Positions 23,614 through 33,253 of a stretch of 35,821 bases of DNA are shown here, piece after piece. The position numbers and the translations under genes are program-made. The DNA lies in IMG/VR virus record IMGVR_UViG_2698536369_000023, one strand, 5' to 3'. The first letter of the stretch is position 1, and the number at the start of each line of letters is the position of its first letter. The notes beneath the pieces are model-generated. The model did not search any database. It was not told the origin of the DNA and was given only the letters and a program-made list of their open reading frames with translations. Source of the DNA: a virus. Its lineage: Duplodnaviria > Heunggongvirae > Uroviricota > Caudoviricetes.

Positions 23614-24829
23614 TGCTCTGTTTCGCAGTGAGCCTCTGGAAAATCCCTCGGTTCCGGTAACCGGAGAGGCCGCTGAGACGGATAATATTTTTGCCCGGGA
23701 TGTGTATGTCAGTCCGGAAACATCCATGAAGCTGGCTGCTGTCTATGCCTGTATTTATGTTATTTCATCCAGTGTGGCTCAGATGCCCCTGCATGTGATG
23801 CGAAAAACGAATGAGCATGTTCAGCCGGCACGCGATCATCCGTTGTTCTGGCTCGTTCATGATGAACCTAATGCCTGGCAGACCAGCTATAAGTGGCGGG
23901 AACTGAAGCAGCGTCATGTGCTGGGGTGGGGCAATGGTTATACGTGGGTAAAACGTAATCGTCGTGGCGAGGTTACCAGTCTTGAATGCTGTATGCCATG
24001 GGAAACCACGTTACTTAATACTGGTGGGCGTCATACCTACGGGGTGTATAACGAAGAGGGGGCATTTGCGGTAAGTCCGGACGACATGATCCATATCAGG
24101 GCGCTGGGAAACAATCAAAAAATGGGACTGAGTCCGATCATGCAGCATGCTGAAACCATTGGTATGGGAATGAGTGGTCAGCAGTATACCAGTGCTTTTT
24201 TTAACGGTAATGCCCGTCCTGCCGGGATTATCTCTGTGAAAAATGAACTGAACGAACAGAGCTGGAGCAGGCTCAAGAATATGTGGCAGCGGGCGGTGAC
24301 AGCGCTTCGCAGTCAGGAAAATAAAACCATGCTGCTGCCTGCGCAACTGGATTACCGTGCCCTGACAGTTTCTCCGGTGGATGCTCAGATCATTGATATG
24401 ACCAAGCTGAACCGGTCGATGATTGCCGGAATTTTTAATGTCCCGGCGCACATGATTAATGACCTGGAAAAAGCCACATTTTCGAATATTACGCAGCAGG
24501 CGATTCAGTTTGTTCGCTACACGATGATGCCCTGGGTTGCGAACTGGGAGCAGGAGCTTAACCGTCGCCTGTTTACCCGCACAGAACGGGCTGCCGGGTA
24601 TTACGTTCGTTTCAACCTTACAGGATTGCTCCGCGGGACTCCACAGGAGCGTGCGCAGTTTTATCACTTTGCCATTACAGATGGCTGGATGAGCCGGAAT
24701 GAAGCCAGGGCATTTGAGGACATGAACCCGGTTGATGGTCTGGATGAAATGCTGGTCAGCGTAAATGCAGCAAATCCGTTGAATGATTTTAAAGATACGA
24801 AAGGCAAAGAGGAAAAGAACGATGAATGA
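23603..24829 (+). CDS. Portal protein (HK97 family)
   Basis: 408-aa ORF with GAGGAGAAAAC RBS, positioned between terminase and prohead protease. Confidence 0.85.
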   Translation: MLLDALFRSEPLENPSVPVTGEAAETDNIFARDVYVSPETSMKLAAVYACIYVISSSVAQMPLHVMRKTNEHVQPARDHPLFWLVHDEPNAWQTSYKWRELKQRHVLGWGNGYTWVKRNRRGEVTSLECCMPWETTLLNTGGRHTYGVYNEEGAFAVSPDDMIHIRALGNNQKMGLSPIMQHAETIGMGMSGQQYTSAFFNGNARPAGIISVKNELNEQSWSRLKNMWQRAVTALRSQENKTMLLPAQLDYRALTVSPVDAQIIDMTKLNRSMIAGIFNVPAHMINDLEKATFSNITQQAIQFVRYTMMPWVANWEQELNRRLFTRTERAAGYYVRFNLTGLLRGTPQERAQFYHFAITDGWMSRNEARAFEDMNPVDGLDEMLVSVNAANPLNDFKDTKGKEEKNDE

Positions 24830-25421
24830 CCGTGAAACGCGCTGTTACTGCGGGGAAGTGCGGGCAGAACAATATGATAATGCCCCGACTCATATTTTGG
24901 GGTATGGCTCGGTATTTAACAGTCGTTCAGAACCTCTGTGGGGATTTCGTGAAATCATCAAGCCGGGGGCTTTTGACGACGTGCTGAATGATGATGTACG
25001 TGGCTTGTTTAATCATGATCCTAATTTCATTCTCGGACGAAGTTCTGCCGGCACGTTGTCATTATCAGTGGATGAACGTGGTTTGCGTTATGACATTGTT
25101 GCACCGGATACGCCGACGATTTGTGACCTGGTGCTGTCACCAATGTTGCGTGGTGACATTAATCAGTCCTCGTTCGCGTTTCGCGTCGCCCGTGATGGAG
25201 AGAGCTGGTATGAAGACGACGAGGGGATTGTTATCCGGGAAATCACGCGCATTTCTCGTCTGTATGACGTCAGCCCGGTGACATATCCGGCCTATCAGGA
25301 CGCAGACTCTGGTGTCCGCTCAATGAAAGCCTGGCAGGAAGCGCGGGCGAGTGGTGCGCTGAAGAAAGCTGTTAACGAACGAATGGCGCGTGAGCGTCTT
25401 TTGACCCTTCTTAATGCATAA
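24822..25421 (+). CDS. Prohead maturation protease (HK97 gp4-like)
   Basis: Start at ATG 24822 (overlaps portal stop; GAGGAAAAG RBS); conserved position before the major capsid gene. Confidence 0.8.
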   Translation: MNDRETRCYCGEVRAEQYDNAPTHILGYGSVFNSRSEPLWGFREIIKPGAFDDVLNDDVRGLFNHDPNFILGRSSAGTLSLSVDERGLRYDIVAPDTPTICDLVLSPMLRGDINQSSFAFRVARDGESWYEDDEGIVIREITRISRLYDVSPVTYPAYQDADSGVRSMKAWQEARASGALKKAVNERMARERLLTLLNA

Positions 25422-25435
25422 GGATACTACTGACG

Positions 25436-26653
25436 ATGAAACTTCATGAGATGAAGCAAAAACGAAACACCATTGCAAAGGATATGCGTGCACTGCATGA
25501 AAAAATTGGTGATAACGCATGGACTGATGAGCAACGGGCAGAGTGGAACAGGGCGAAAGCTGAGCTGGATGCGCTGGATGAGCAAATCGCCCGTGAAGAA
25601 GAGTTGCGCCGTCAGGATCAGGCATATGTGGATGAGTCCGGGCCGGAAGAGCGCCAGAATAATGAGGCGGAGAACGGGAAAAAGGCGGTGGAAGAGAAGC
25701 GCGCTGCGGCATTTAACCGTTTTCTGCGTGCCGGATTTGCAGAACTGAATGCTGAAGAGCGTAATCTGATGCGTGAACTGCGGGCTCAGAGTGTAACAAC
25801 GGATTCTCAGGGCGGATATACGGTGCCCACGCAGATGCGTAACAGAATCATTGACACCATGAAGGCTTATGGCGGGATTGCCAGTGTGGCGCAACTTCTG
25901 ACCACATCAACCGGGCAGGATATCACCTGGTCAACGTCTGATGGCACGACTGAAGAGGGCGAACTGCTGGCGGAAAATACAGCCGCAACGGAACAAGATG
26001 TGACGTTCGGGACCGCTATTCTGGGGGCTAAAAAGCTGTCATCAAAAATAATTCGTGTGTCCAATGAGCTGCTCCAGGATAGTGGGGTGGATATTGAATC
26101 TTATCTGGCAAACCGTATTGCCCAGCGTATTGGTCGTGGAGAGGCAAAATATCTGGTTCAGGGGACCGGAACGGGATCACCGTTACAGCCAAAAGGGCTG
26201 GCAGCGTCGGTGACGGGAACCATCCAGACTGCAGCCTCTGCCGCTTTCACCTGGAAAGAAATGAATGCCCTGAAACATGCCATTGATCCGGCATATCGTG
26301 GTGGGCCGAAATACCGCTGGGCATTCAATGATGCCACATTGCAGACTATTGAAGAGATGGAGGATGGACAGAAACGCCCGTTATGGCTGCCGGATATTGC
26401 AGGCGGTACGCCGGCTACTGTGCTGGGGATCCCTTATGTTATTGATCAGGCTATTGACGGGATTGGTACCGGAAAAAAATTCATTTTCCTGGGGGATTTC
26501 AACCGCTTTATCATTCGCCGCGTTACTTATATGGAACTGAAACGTCTGGTTGAGCGTTATGCTGAGTTTGATCAGGTGGCATTTCTGGCTTTCCATCGTT
26601 TTGACTGTGTGCTGGAAGATGTGGCAGCCATCAAGGCGCTCACTGGCAAATAA
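25436..26653 (+). CDS. Major capsid protein (HK97 fold) with N-terminal coiled-coil delta/scaffold domain
   Basis: 405 aa; the first ~100 residues are charged coiled coil, the rest capsid-like; followed by a strong terminator. Confidence 0.85.
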   Translation: MKLHEMKQKRNTIAKDMRALHEKIGDNAWTDEQRAEWNRAKAELDALDEQIAREEELRRQDQAYVDESGPEERQNNEAENGKKAVEEKRAAAFNRFLRAGFAELNAEERNLMRELRAQSVTTDSQGGYTVPTQMRNRIIDTMKAYGGIASVAQLLTTSTGQDITWSTSDGTTEEGELLAENTAATEQDVTFGTAILGAKKLSSKIIRVSNELLQDSGVDIESYLANRIAQRIGRGEAKYLVQGTGTGSPLQPKGLAASVTGTIQTAASAAFTWKEMNALKHAIDPAYRGGPKYRWAFNDATLQTIEEMEDGQKRPLWLPDIAGGTPATVLGIPYVIDQAIDGIGTGKKFIFLGDFNRFIIRRVTYMELKRLVERYAEFDQVAFLAFHRFDCVLEDVAAIKALTGK

Positions 26654-26672
26654 CCACTCGTTGTTCAGTTAC

Positions 26673-26698
26673 AGACCGCGCCGACGCGGTTTTTTTAT
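26673..26698 (+). terminator. Rho-independent terminator after the major capsid gene
   Basis: ACCGCG-CCGA-CGCGGT hairpin followed by 7 T. Confidence 0.7.
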
Positions 26699-26729
26699 GC
26701 CCGCACAGTGTTGCGGGCAGGAGTTTCTG

Positions 26730-27047
26730 ATGGCAGCAATAGTGGAAAAACTCAGGGCGCAGTGCCGTATTGATACAGATGATGCAACTGATGATGAGTT
26801 ACTGATGCTGTATTTCCGGGCTGCCTGCCGCAAGGCAGAAAATTTTATCAACCGTAAGCTTTATGAGGAGACGGTGCCAGAGAGTGATCCTGAAGGGGTG
26901 CTTATAGCTGATGATGTTTTGCTGGCGCTCATGTTGCTGGTCGGGCACTGGTACGAAAACCGGGAAAATTCCTCAGATGTCAGTAAGGCACCAGTCCCGT
27001 TTGGTTTTTCTTCTCTGCTGGAGCCTTATCGTTTTATTCCTTTGTAG
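26730..27047 (+). CDS. Head-tail connector / DNA-packaging protein (gp6-like)
   Basis: ATG 26730 with GCAGGAG RBS, in frame with the over-extended track ORF from 26550; typical position and size. Confidence 0.65.
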   Translation: MAAIVEKLRAQCRIDTDDATDDELLMLYFRAACRKAENFINRKLYEETVPESDPEGVLIADDVLLALMLLVGHWYENRENSSDVSKAPVPFGFSSLLEPYRFIPL

Positions 27048-27055
27048 GAGGAACC

Positions 27056-27394
27056 ATGCAGGCGGGCAGATTACGTGATCGCGTAACTATTCTGAATGTC
27101 ACCACCGCCCGTTCTCCGTCAGGGCATCCGGTGGAGACGGTGACGGAGGGAGCTACCGTATGGGCAGAAGTTAAGGGTATCAGCGGGAGGGAGAGAATCT
27201 CAGGCGGAGCAGAAACCGCTCAGGCTACGGTCAGAGTCTGGACGAGATTCCGGCGCGATGTGACAGCGACTTCACGTCTGAAAGTGCTGACCGGTGCATT
27301 CAAAGGCGCGATTCTGAGTATAGACGGTCCGCCGATACCGGATGCCCGTGCCACCCGGCTTGAGATACTCTGTTCTCAGAAGGGGAATGTGTGA
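27056..27394 (+). CDS. Head closure / head-tail adaptor protein (gp7-like)
   Basis: 112-aa ORF in conserved order with GGAGG RBS. Confidence 0.65.
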   Translation: MQAGRLRDRVTILNVTTARSPSGHPVETVTEGATVWAEVKGISGRERISGGAETAQATVRVWTRFRRDVTATSRLKVLTGAFKGAILSIDGPPIPDARATRLEILCSQKGNV

Positions 27395-27840
27395 TGGATT
27401 TCAGTCTTGATTTTTCAGGTCTGGCGGATATTGCACGGGATCTGGAGACGCTCAGCAGGGCAGAAAACAATAAGGTTCTGCGCGATGCCACCCGTGCCGG
27501 TGCTGAAGCTATGCGGGATGCAGTTGTTGAACGTGCGCCGGAGCGAACCGGGAAACTGAAGAAAAATGTGGTTGTTCTCACTCAGCGTTCAAAGCGTCGG
27601 GGGGAAATTATCTCGGGTGTCCACATTCGCGGACGTAACCTGCGAACCGGAAACAGTGATAACAGCATGAAAGCCAGCGATCCCCGAAATGCGTTTTACT
27701 GGCGCTTTGTGGAGCTGGGAACGATAAACATGCCCGCGCATCCGTTCATTCGCCCGGCTTTCGATACGACAGAGGAACTGGCAGCACAGATTGCCATACA
27801 GCGAATGAATCAGGCTATTGATGAGGTCTTAAGTAAATGA
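27391..27840 (+). CDS. Tail completion / head-tail joining protein (HK97 gp10-like)
   Basis: 149-aa ORF, ATGA-coupled, conserved position. Confidence 0.6.
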   Translation: MMDFSLDFSGLADIARDLETLSRAENNKVLRDATRAGAEAMRDAVVERAPERTGKLKKNVVVLTQRSKRRGEIISGVHIRGRNLRTGNSDNSMKASDPRNAFYWRFVELGTINMPAHPFIRPAFDTTEELAAQIAIQRMNQAIDEVLSK

Positions 27841-28181
27841 GAGAGACCACACTGTATTCCCTGCTGTCTAAACTGGCCGGAGGACAGGTTTATCCTTATG
27901 TGGTCCCGCTGACGGAGGGAAAGCCTGCGGTATCTCCGCCATGGCTGGTATTTTCTGTGGTCTCTGACACGGCATCTGATGTGCTTGATGGTCAGGCTGA
28001 ATCAAGAATTACCGTGCAGATCGATGTCTGGGCGACAGTACCTGATGACGCAGATGATATCCGTGAGCAGGCGCTTGATGCGGTAAGGCAACTGGCACCC
28101 TCCGTTATTTCTAAAACGCAGGGTTATGATCCTGATTCCCGTCTGAGCAGAGCCACGCTTGAATTTCAGGTAATAGCCTGA
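27837..28181 (+). CDS. Tail terminator-like / head-tail joining protein
   Basis: 114-aa ORF, ATGA-coupled, immediately upstream of the major tail gene. Confidence 0.55.
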   Translation: MRETTLYSLLSKLAGGQVYPYVVPLTEGKPAVSPPWLVFSVVSDTASDVLDGQAESRITVQIDVWATVPDDADDIREQALDAVRQLAPSVISKTQGYDPDSRLSRATLEFQVIA

Positions 28182-28200
28182 GATCGTTAATGATTTTACC

Positions 28201-28225
28201 CACCCGCCGCTGGCGGGTTTTTTTA
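28201..28225 (+). terminator. Rho-independent terminator before the major tail gene
   Basis: CCCGCC-GCT-GGCGGG hairpin followed by 8 T. Confidence 0.65.
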
Positions 28226-28241
28226 TTTTCAGGAGACGAGT

Positions 28242-28946
28242 ATGTCCTCTAATTTTGAACGTTCTCAGCAGACCAAAGTCATGATCTCGTCTGCACCGGT
28301 AACGGCAGAAACGCTGAGTTCTGCCAGTTTTCTTGAACTGAGCTGTACGATTAAAGAGGTTCAGTTTACCGCCGGGCAGAAACAGGATATTGATGTCACC
28401 ACGCTGTGTTCTGTTGAGCAGGAAAATATTAACGGTCTTGGTGCCGCGTCAGAGATTTCCATGTCAGGCAACTTTTATCTGAATGCTGCCCAGAACGCGT
28501 TGCGCAGTGCCTATGACAATGACACCACGTATGGCTTTAAAGTTATTTTTCCGTCAGGCAACGGATTTACCTTTATGGCAGAGGTGCGTCAGCATACCTG
28601 GTCTGCAGGAACCAATGGTGTTGTGGCTGCAACGTTTTCCCTGCGTCTGAAAGGTAAACCTGTGCTGACGACAGAGCCGCTGAAAGTGAAGGTCGATTTA
28701 AACAGCACGCTGCAGGTTTCTGCCGGAGCGAAACTCGAAATGGTGGTTGAGGCTGCCGGTGGTGTGCCGCCTTATTCTTATGTCTGGAAGAAAGGTGGTT
28801 CTCCTGTTTCCGGACAGACGGCGGCAACGTTCAGTAAGGCATCCGCAGTATCCGGTGATGCCGGTGCGTATACCTGCGAGATTTCTGATTCAGCAAGCCC
28901 GGTTAGCAAGGTGACCTCCACTTCCTGCACTGTTACCGTCAGTTAA
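28242..28946 (+). CDS. V: Major tail protein with C-terminal Ig-like domain (lambda V-like)
   Basis: 234 aa with GGAG RBS; C-terminal region (YSYVWKKGGSPVSGQTAATF...YTCEISD) looks Ig-like. Confidence 0.8.
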   Translation: MSSNFERSQQTKVMISSAPVTAETLSSASFLELSCTIKEVQFTAGQKQDIDVTTLCSVEQENINGLGAASEISMSGNFYLNAAQNALRSAYDNDTTYGFKVIFPSGNGFTFMAEVRQHTWSAGTNGVVAATFSLRLKGKPVLTTEPLKVKVDLNSTLQVSAGAKLEMVVEAAGGVPPYSYVWKKGGSPVSGQTAATFSKASAVSGDAGAYTCEISDSASPVSKVTSTSCTVTVS

Positions 28947-28960
28947 TGAGGATAGATGTG

Positions 28961-29332
28961 ATGACTAAAAATATCCGTAATCTGGCACTGGCAACGATGT
29001 CGGGGTTTCGCCATAAAACTGTTGATGTGCCTGAATGGGAAGGGGCAACGGTTGTATTACGGGAACCTTCTGCAGAAGCCTGGTTGCGCTGGCAGGAGAT
29101 CGTTAAAGCAAAAGATGATGAGACACCGTTATCCGTTGCGGAGCGCGCCCGCCGAAATCTGGAGGCAGATGTTGAACTGTTCATTGATGTTCTGTGTGAT
29201 ACCGGACTGCAACCTGTATTTTCAGAGGATGATCGTGAACAGGTGATTGCCGTGTATGGCCCGGTGCATGCGCGGCTTCTTCGGCAGTCTCTGGAACTGA
29301 TCAGTGATGCCGGCGAGGTTAAAAAAAAGTAG
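28961..29332 (+). CDS. G: Tail assembly chaperone G
   Basis: ATG 28961 with GAGGA N8 RBS (the track ORF starts at 28946); ends at TAG immediately after the A-AAA-AAG slippery heptamer. Confidence 0.75.
   Translation: MTKNIRNLALATMSGFRHKTVDVPEWEGATVVLREPSAEAWLRWQEIVKAKDDETPLSVAERARRNLEADVELFIDVLCDTGLQPVFSEDDREQVIAVYGPVHARLLRQSLELISDAGEVKKK
29323..29329 (+). other. Programmed -1 ribosomal frameshift slippery site A AAA AAG (G to GT fusion)
   Basis: Heptamer is in the G frame just before its stop; the -1 frame stays open from 29323 through 29634. Same heptamer class as E. coli dnaX. Confidence 0.75.
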
Positions 29333-29634
29333 CGCTTCCGGGGATGCGTTTTCTGATGATGCTGGCGCTCAGGATGGGGCGCACATTGTCAGAGTTACGC
29401 CGGGAAATGTCCGCATCAGAAATCATGATGTGGGCAGAATTTGACAGGTTCAGCCCGCTGGGTGATGAGCGGGCTGATATCCGGGCTGCCCAGATAGTTT
29501 CTGCGGTTTACGGTGCGCAGGGTGTCAAAGTACCACTGAATGATGCGCTTCTTCAGTGGGAACAAGAGCAGACAGAAGGCGTCTCAGATCCATTTGCCGG
29601 ACTGGAAAACGCGCTTTTAATAGTGTCTCAGTGA
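29329..29634 (+). CDS. T: T-frame extension of the tail assembly chaperone (GT frameshift product, C-terminal part)
   Basis: -1 frame ORF with no independent RBS; conserved G/GT arrangement directly upstream of the tape measure gene. Confidence 0.7.
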   Translation, partial: VALPGMRFLMMLALRMGRTLSELRREMSASEIMMWAEFDRFSPLGDERADIRAAQIVSAVYGAQGVKVPLNDALLQWEQEQTEGVSDPFAGLENALLIVSQ

Positions 29635-29642
29635 GTCAACAT

Positions 29643-29663
29643 AACCGCTTCGGCGGTTTTTTT
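29643..29663 (+). terminator. Intrinsic terminator-like hairpin between GT and the tape measure gene
   Basis: AACCGC-TTCG-GCGGTT hairpin followed by 7 T, 10 nt before the tape measure start. Confidence 0.55.
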
Positions 29664-29673
29664 CGTCCGGAGA

Positions 29674-32600
29674 ATGAGTGTGGCGACATTACGTGAACTG
29701 ATTATTAAAATCTCGGCAAATTCCCGGTCATTCCAGTCAGAGATCTCCCGGGCTTCGCGTATGGGGCAGGATTACTACCGTACCATGCAGAACGGAGGCC
29801 GGCAGTCCGCTGCTGCATCCCGTGAAATGCGGCGTGCACTGGCAGAAGTGACGGATCAGATAAATACAGCTAAATCTTCGGCACTGAATATGGCGGGGGC
29901 ATTTGCCGGGGCTTTTGCTACCGGTCATCTTATTTCTCTCGCCGATGAGTGGAATTCAGTAAATGCCCGTCTGAAGCAGGCCTCACAGTCCAGTGATGAT
30001 TTTCAGGCATCACAGCGTGAATTAATGGCGATCAGCCAGAGAACGGGGACGGCGTTTTCTGATAACGCCAGCCTTTTTGCCCGTTCTGCAGCTTCCATGC
30101 GGGAGTATGGCTACAGTTCTGAGGAGGTACTGAAAGTCACCGAGGCGATCTCCACGGGCCTGAAATTATCCGGTGCCAGTACAGCAGAAGCCAGTTCGGT
30201 GATCACGCAGTTCAGTCAGGCACTGGCGCAGGGAGTGCTGCGTGGTGAAGAATTTAACTCTGTGAATGAGAACGGCGATCGTGTTATTCGTGCGCTGGCT
30301 GCGGGAATGGGTGTTGCCCGTAAGGATCTGAAGGCCATGGCGGATAACGGAAAACTGACCGCCGATAAGGTTGTTCCTGCACTGATTAGTCAGCTTGGGG
30401 CGTTACGTGATGAATATGCAACAATGCCTGATACTGTTTCATCCTCTGCAACCAAAGTTGAAAACGCCTTTATGGCCTGGGTTGGTGGTGCGAACGAGGC
30501 AAGCGGAGTGACAAAGACACTCACCGGGGTGTTGAATGGTGTTGCAGGCAATATTGACACCGTGGCAACCGCTGCCGGTGCTCTGGTTGCCGTCGGAGTA
30601 GCCCGATATTTTGGCAATGTGGCGTCTTCTGCTGGATCTGCAACTGCCGGATTAATTACTGCAGCCAGAAACGAAGTGGCTCTTGCTGAAGCGCAACTTC
30701 GGGGGACACAGATAGCAACCGCCAGGGCGCGTGCGGCGGTTTATCGTGCGCAACAGGCGGTTGTTGCTGCTCGCGGTACCGAAAGGCAGGCCGCAGCAGA
30801 AGCGAAGCTGACAGCTGCTCAGGCGTCACTTACCCGTAATATTGCGGCCAGAACAGCGGCACAGACAACGCTGAATACTGTCACGTCAGTGGGGAGTCGT
30901 CTGTTAAGTGGTGCGCTGGGGTTGGTTGGTGGTGTGCCGGGGCTTGTCATGCTGGGGGCTGCGGCCTGGTACACGATGTATCAGAATCAGGAGCAGGCCA
31001 GAGAATCTGCACGCCAGTATGCCGCAACAATCGACGAAATTCGCCAGAAAACGTCGGCAATGTCGCTTCCTGAAGCGTCAGATAATGAGGAAAAGACGCG
31101 ACAGGCACTGAAGGAGCAGAACAGGTTAATTGACGAGCAGAAAAGTAAGATTAAATCCTTACAGGAAAAAATTGCTGGCTATCAGTATGTGCTGGCAAAC
31201 CCGGGCTGGACAACCGATAACGGTTTTATGATTAACCACATGACGTCGGTAAAAACTGTTACAGAAGGGCTTGCAGAAGCAACAAATCAACTGGCAGTTG
31301 AACAGTCCCGTCTCACACAAATGCAGGGCAAAGCGCAATCCATTCAGGATGTGCTTGCCGGGCTGGAGGAGCGACGGGTGGCGTTGATCCGTCAACAGGC
31401 CGCGGAACAAAACAAAGCGTATCAGTCCCTGTTGATCATGAATGGGCAGCATACCGAGTTTAATCGCCTTCTCGGGCTCGGTAATGAATTACTTCAGCAG
31501 CGACAGGGGCTGGTGAATGTACCGTTACGGCTACCACAGGCAACCCTGGATGATAAACAGCAGACCGCACTGAATAACAGCAAGCGCGAACTGGCTCTGT
31601 CCCGCCTTAAGGGGGAAGCGCGTGAGCGTGCCCGACTGGGCTATGCTGCGGATGATCTCGGCTTTGTGGGAGAGGCGTATCAGACAGCCAGACAGAATTA
31701 TATCAATAACTCACTGGATGCCTGGCGAAATAACCAGGCAAATAAACCCAAAGCGCATAAAAAGACCGAAGCGGAAAAAACAGAAGATATTTATAAACGG
31801 CTGATTAAACAGCAGAAAGAGCAGATAGCACTGGCAGGGCAGAATACTGAACTGGCTAAGATGAAATATCAGGTCAGTCAGGGCGAATTATCAACCCTGT
31901 CAGAAGCGCAGAAAAAAACGCTTTTGCAGAATGCAGCACTCATCGACCAGAAAAAGATTCGTGAGCAGCTTGCTGCATATGAGAGCAGTCTGGCGGACAG
32001 TAATGCCAGTGCCCGGGCATCTGACGAAGCGCAGTTGCTGGGATATGGTGAAGGCTCACGGATGCGTGAACGACTCCAGGAAATGTGGAGTATCCGGCAG
32101 GCGTTTGAGCAGAAAAATAACGAGCTGCTGAGACAGTATCAGGCCGGAGAAATTGAAGAAGCCCTGTGGAAACAGGAAAAATCGCTGAATGAAAAATATC
32201 TGGAAGAGCGTCTCAGCGATCAGCAGGATTATTATGCAAAGGCCGATGCTTTACGCAGTAACTGGAATGCCGGACTCCAGGAGGGGCTGACGAACTGGGC
32301 AGACAGTGCCACTGATTATGCTTCGCAGGCGGCAGATGCTGTCGTTTCCACTATGGACGGGCTGGTATCAAATATTTCCGATGCACTGGCCGGAAATGTT
32401 GTGGACTGGAGAAACTGGGGGAGTTCAATTCTCCAGGAAGTTTCAAAAATTCTGATGAACGCTGCCATCGTTAACGGGCTGAAGTCACTTTCCAAAAGCA
32501 TGTCCGGTGCCGGAGGATGGCTTGGTACGGTCGGCGACTGGCTTTCCGGTACAGTGGCAAACGCAAAAGGTGGTGTTTATACATCGGCAAATCTGAGTGC

Positions 32601-32919
32601 TTACAGTAACACCATTGTGGATACCCCGACGTATTTTGCTTTTGCGAAAGGTGCCGGGCTGATGGGCGAGGCAGGGCCTGAAGCTATCATGCCACTGACC
32701 CGGGCAGCGGACGGCTCTCTTGGAGTCAGAGCCATTGGCAATGTGAATGGTGGCGGGGGATTTGTTTATTCTCCCGTGTATCACATCAGTATTCAGAATA
32801 AAGGGAGCAATGGCGAGATAGATACGCAGTCAGCCAGGGGGCTGGTGGAACTGATCGACAGCAGGGTTGTGTCAATTATGCAGTCATCACGTCGGGACGG
32901 AGGATTATGCAGTGCCTGA
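29674..32919 (+). CDS. H: Tail tape measure protein
   Basis: 1081 aa, long Ala/Gln-rich coiled-coil regions, in canonical position after G/GT. Confidence 0.9.
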   Translation: MSVATLRELIIKISANSRSFQSEISRASRMGQDYYRTMQNGGRQSAAASREMRRALAEVTDQINTAKSSALNMAGAFAGAFATGHLISLADEWNSVNARLKQASQSSDDFQASQRELMAISQRTGTAFSDNASLFARSAASMREYGYSSEEVLKVTEAISTGLKLSGASTAEASSVITQFSQALAQGVLRGEEFNSVNENGDRVIRALAAGMGVARKDLKAMADNGKLTADKVVPALISQLGALRDEYATMPDTVSSSATKVENAFMAWVGGANEASGVTKTLTGVLNGVAGNIDTVATAAGALVAVGVARYFGNVASSAGSATAGLITAARNEVALAEAQLRGTQIATARARAAVYRAQQAVVAARGTERQAAAEAKLTAAQASLTRNIAARTAAQTTLNTVTSVGSRLLSGALGLVGGVPGLVMLGAAAWYTMYQNQEQARESARQYAATIDEIRQKTSAMSLPEASDNEEKTRQALKEQNRLIDEQKSKIKSLQEKIAGYQYVLANPGWTTDNGFMINHMTSVKTVTEGLAEATNQLAVEQSRLTQMQGKAQSIQDVLAGLEERRVALIRQQAAEQNKAYQSLLIMNGQHTEFNRLLGLGNELLQQRQGLVNVPLRLPQATLDDKQQTALNNSKRELALSRLKGEARERARLGYAADDLGFVGEAYQTARQNYINNSLDAWRNNQANKPKAHKKTEAEKTEDIYKRLIKQQKEQIALAGQNTELAKMKYQVSQGELSTLSEAQKKTLLQNAALIDQKKIREQLAAYESSLADSNASARASDEAQLLGYGEGSRMRERLQEMWSIRQAFEQKNNELLRQYQAGEIEEALWKQEKSLNEKYLEERLSDQQDYYAKADALRSNWNAGLQEGLTNWADSATDYASQAADAVVSTMDGLVSNISDALAGNVVDWRNWGSSILQEVSKILMNAAIVNGLKSLSKSMSGAGGWLGTVGDWLSGTVANAKGGVYTSANLSAYSNTIVDTPTYFAFAKGAGLMGEAGPEAIMPLTRAADGSLGVRAIGNVNGGGGFVYSPVYHISIQNKGSNGEIDTQSARGLVELIDSRVVSIMQSSRRDGGLCSA

Positions 32920-33253
32920 GTCTGAAGTTTTTAACTGGATCCCCCGCGAGGGGATGGAGACGACACGAAAGCCATCTGTTATTACGGTAAAGTTCGGTGA
33001 CGGATATGAACAGCGACGGGCTGGTGGTCTGAATGCGGATCTGAAAACGTTTAAACCGGTATTTCGTGTCACAGATGAATATTCCCGTGCCGCGCTGGAC
33101 AGTTTTTTATCCCGTCATGCCGGGATTCGTGCTTTTTTGTGGCGTCCGCCAAAACACAACAGGACTGTCCGGGTTGTCTGCAGGGAGTGGAGCATTTCGG
33201 ATAATGCCATGTATACCGATTTTAACTGTACCTTTGAAGAGGTCACTCACTGA
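32912..33253 (+). CDS. M: Minor tail protein M
   Basis: GTG 32912 with GGAGGA RBS, overlapping the tape measure stop; KFGDGYEQRRAGGLNADLKT resembles recalled lambda M. Confidence 0.8.
   Translation: MPESEVFNWIPREGMETTRKPSVITVKFGDGYEQRRAGGLNADLKTFKPVFRVTDEYSRAALDSFLSRHAGIRAFLWRPPKHNRTVRVVCREWSISDNAMYTDFNCTFEEVTH

Noticed and set aside
24011-24667. 218-aa minus-strand ORF inside the portal gene
   Set aside because: Antisense to a conserved structural gene with no independent signals.
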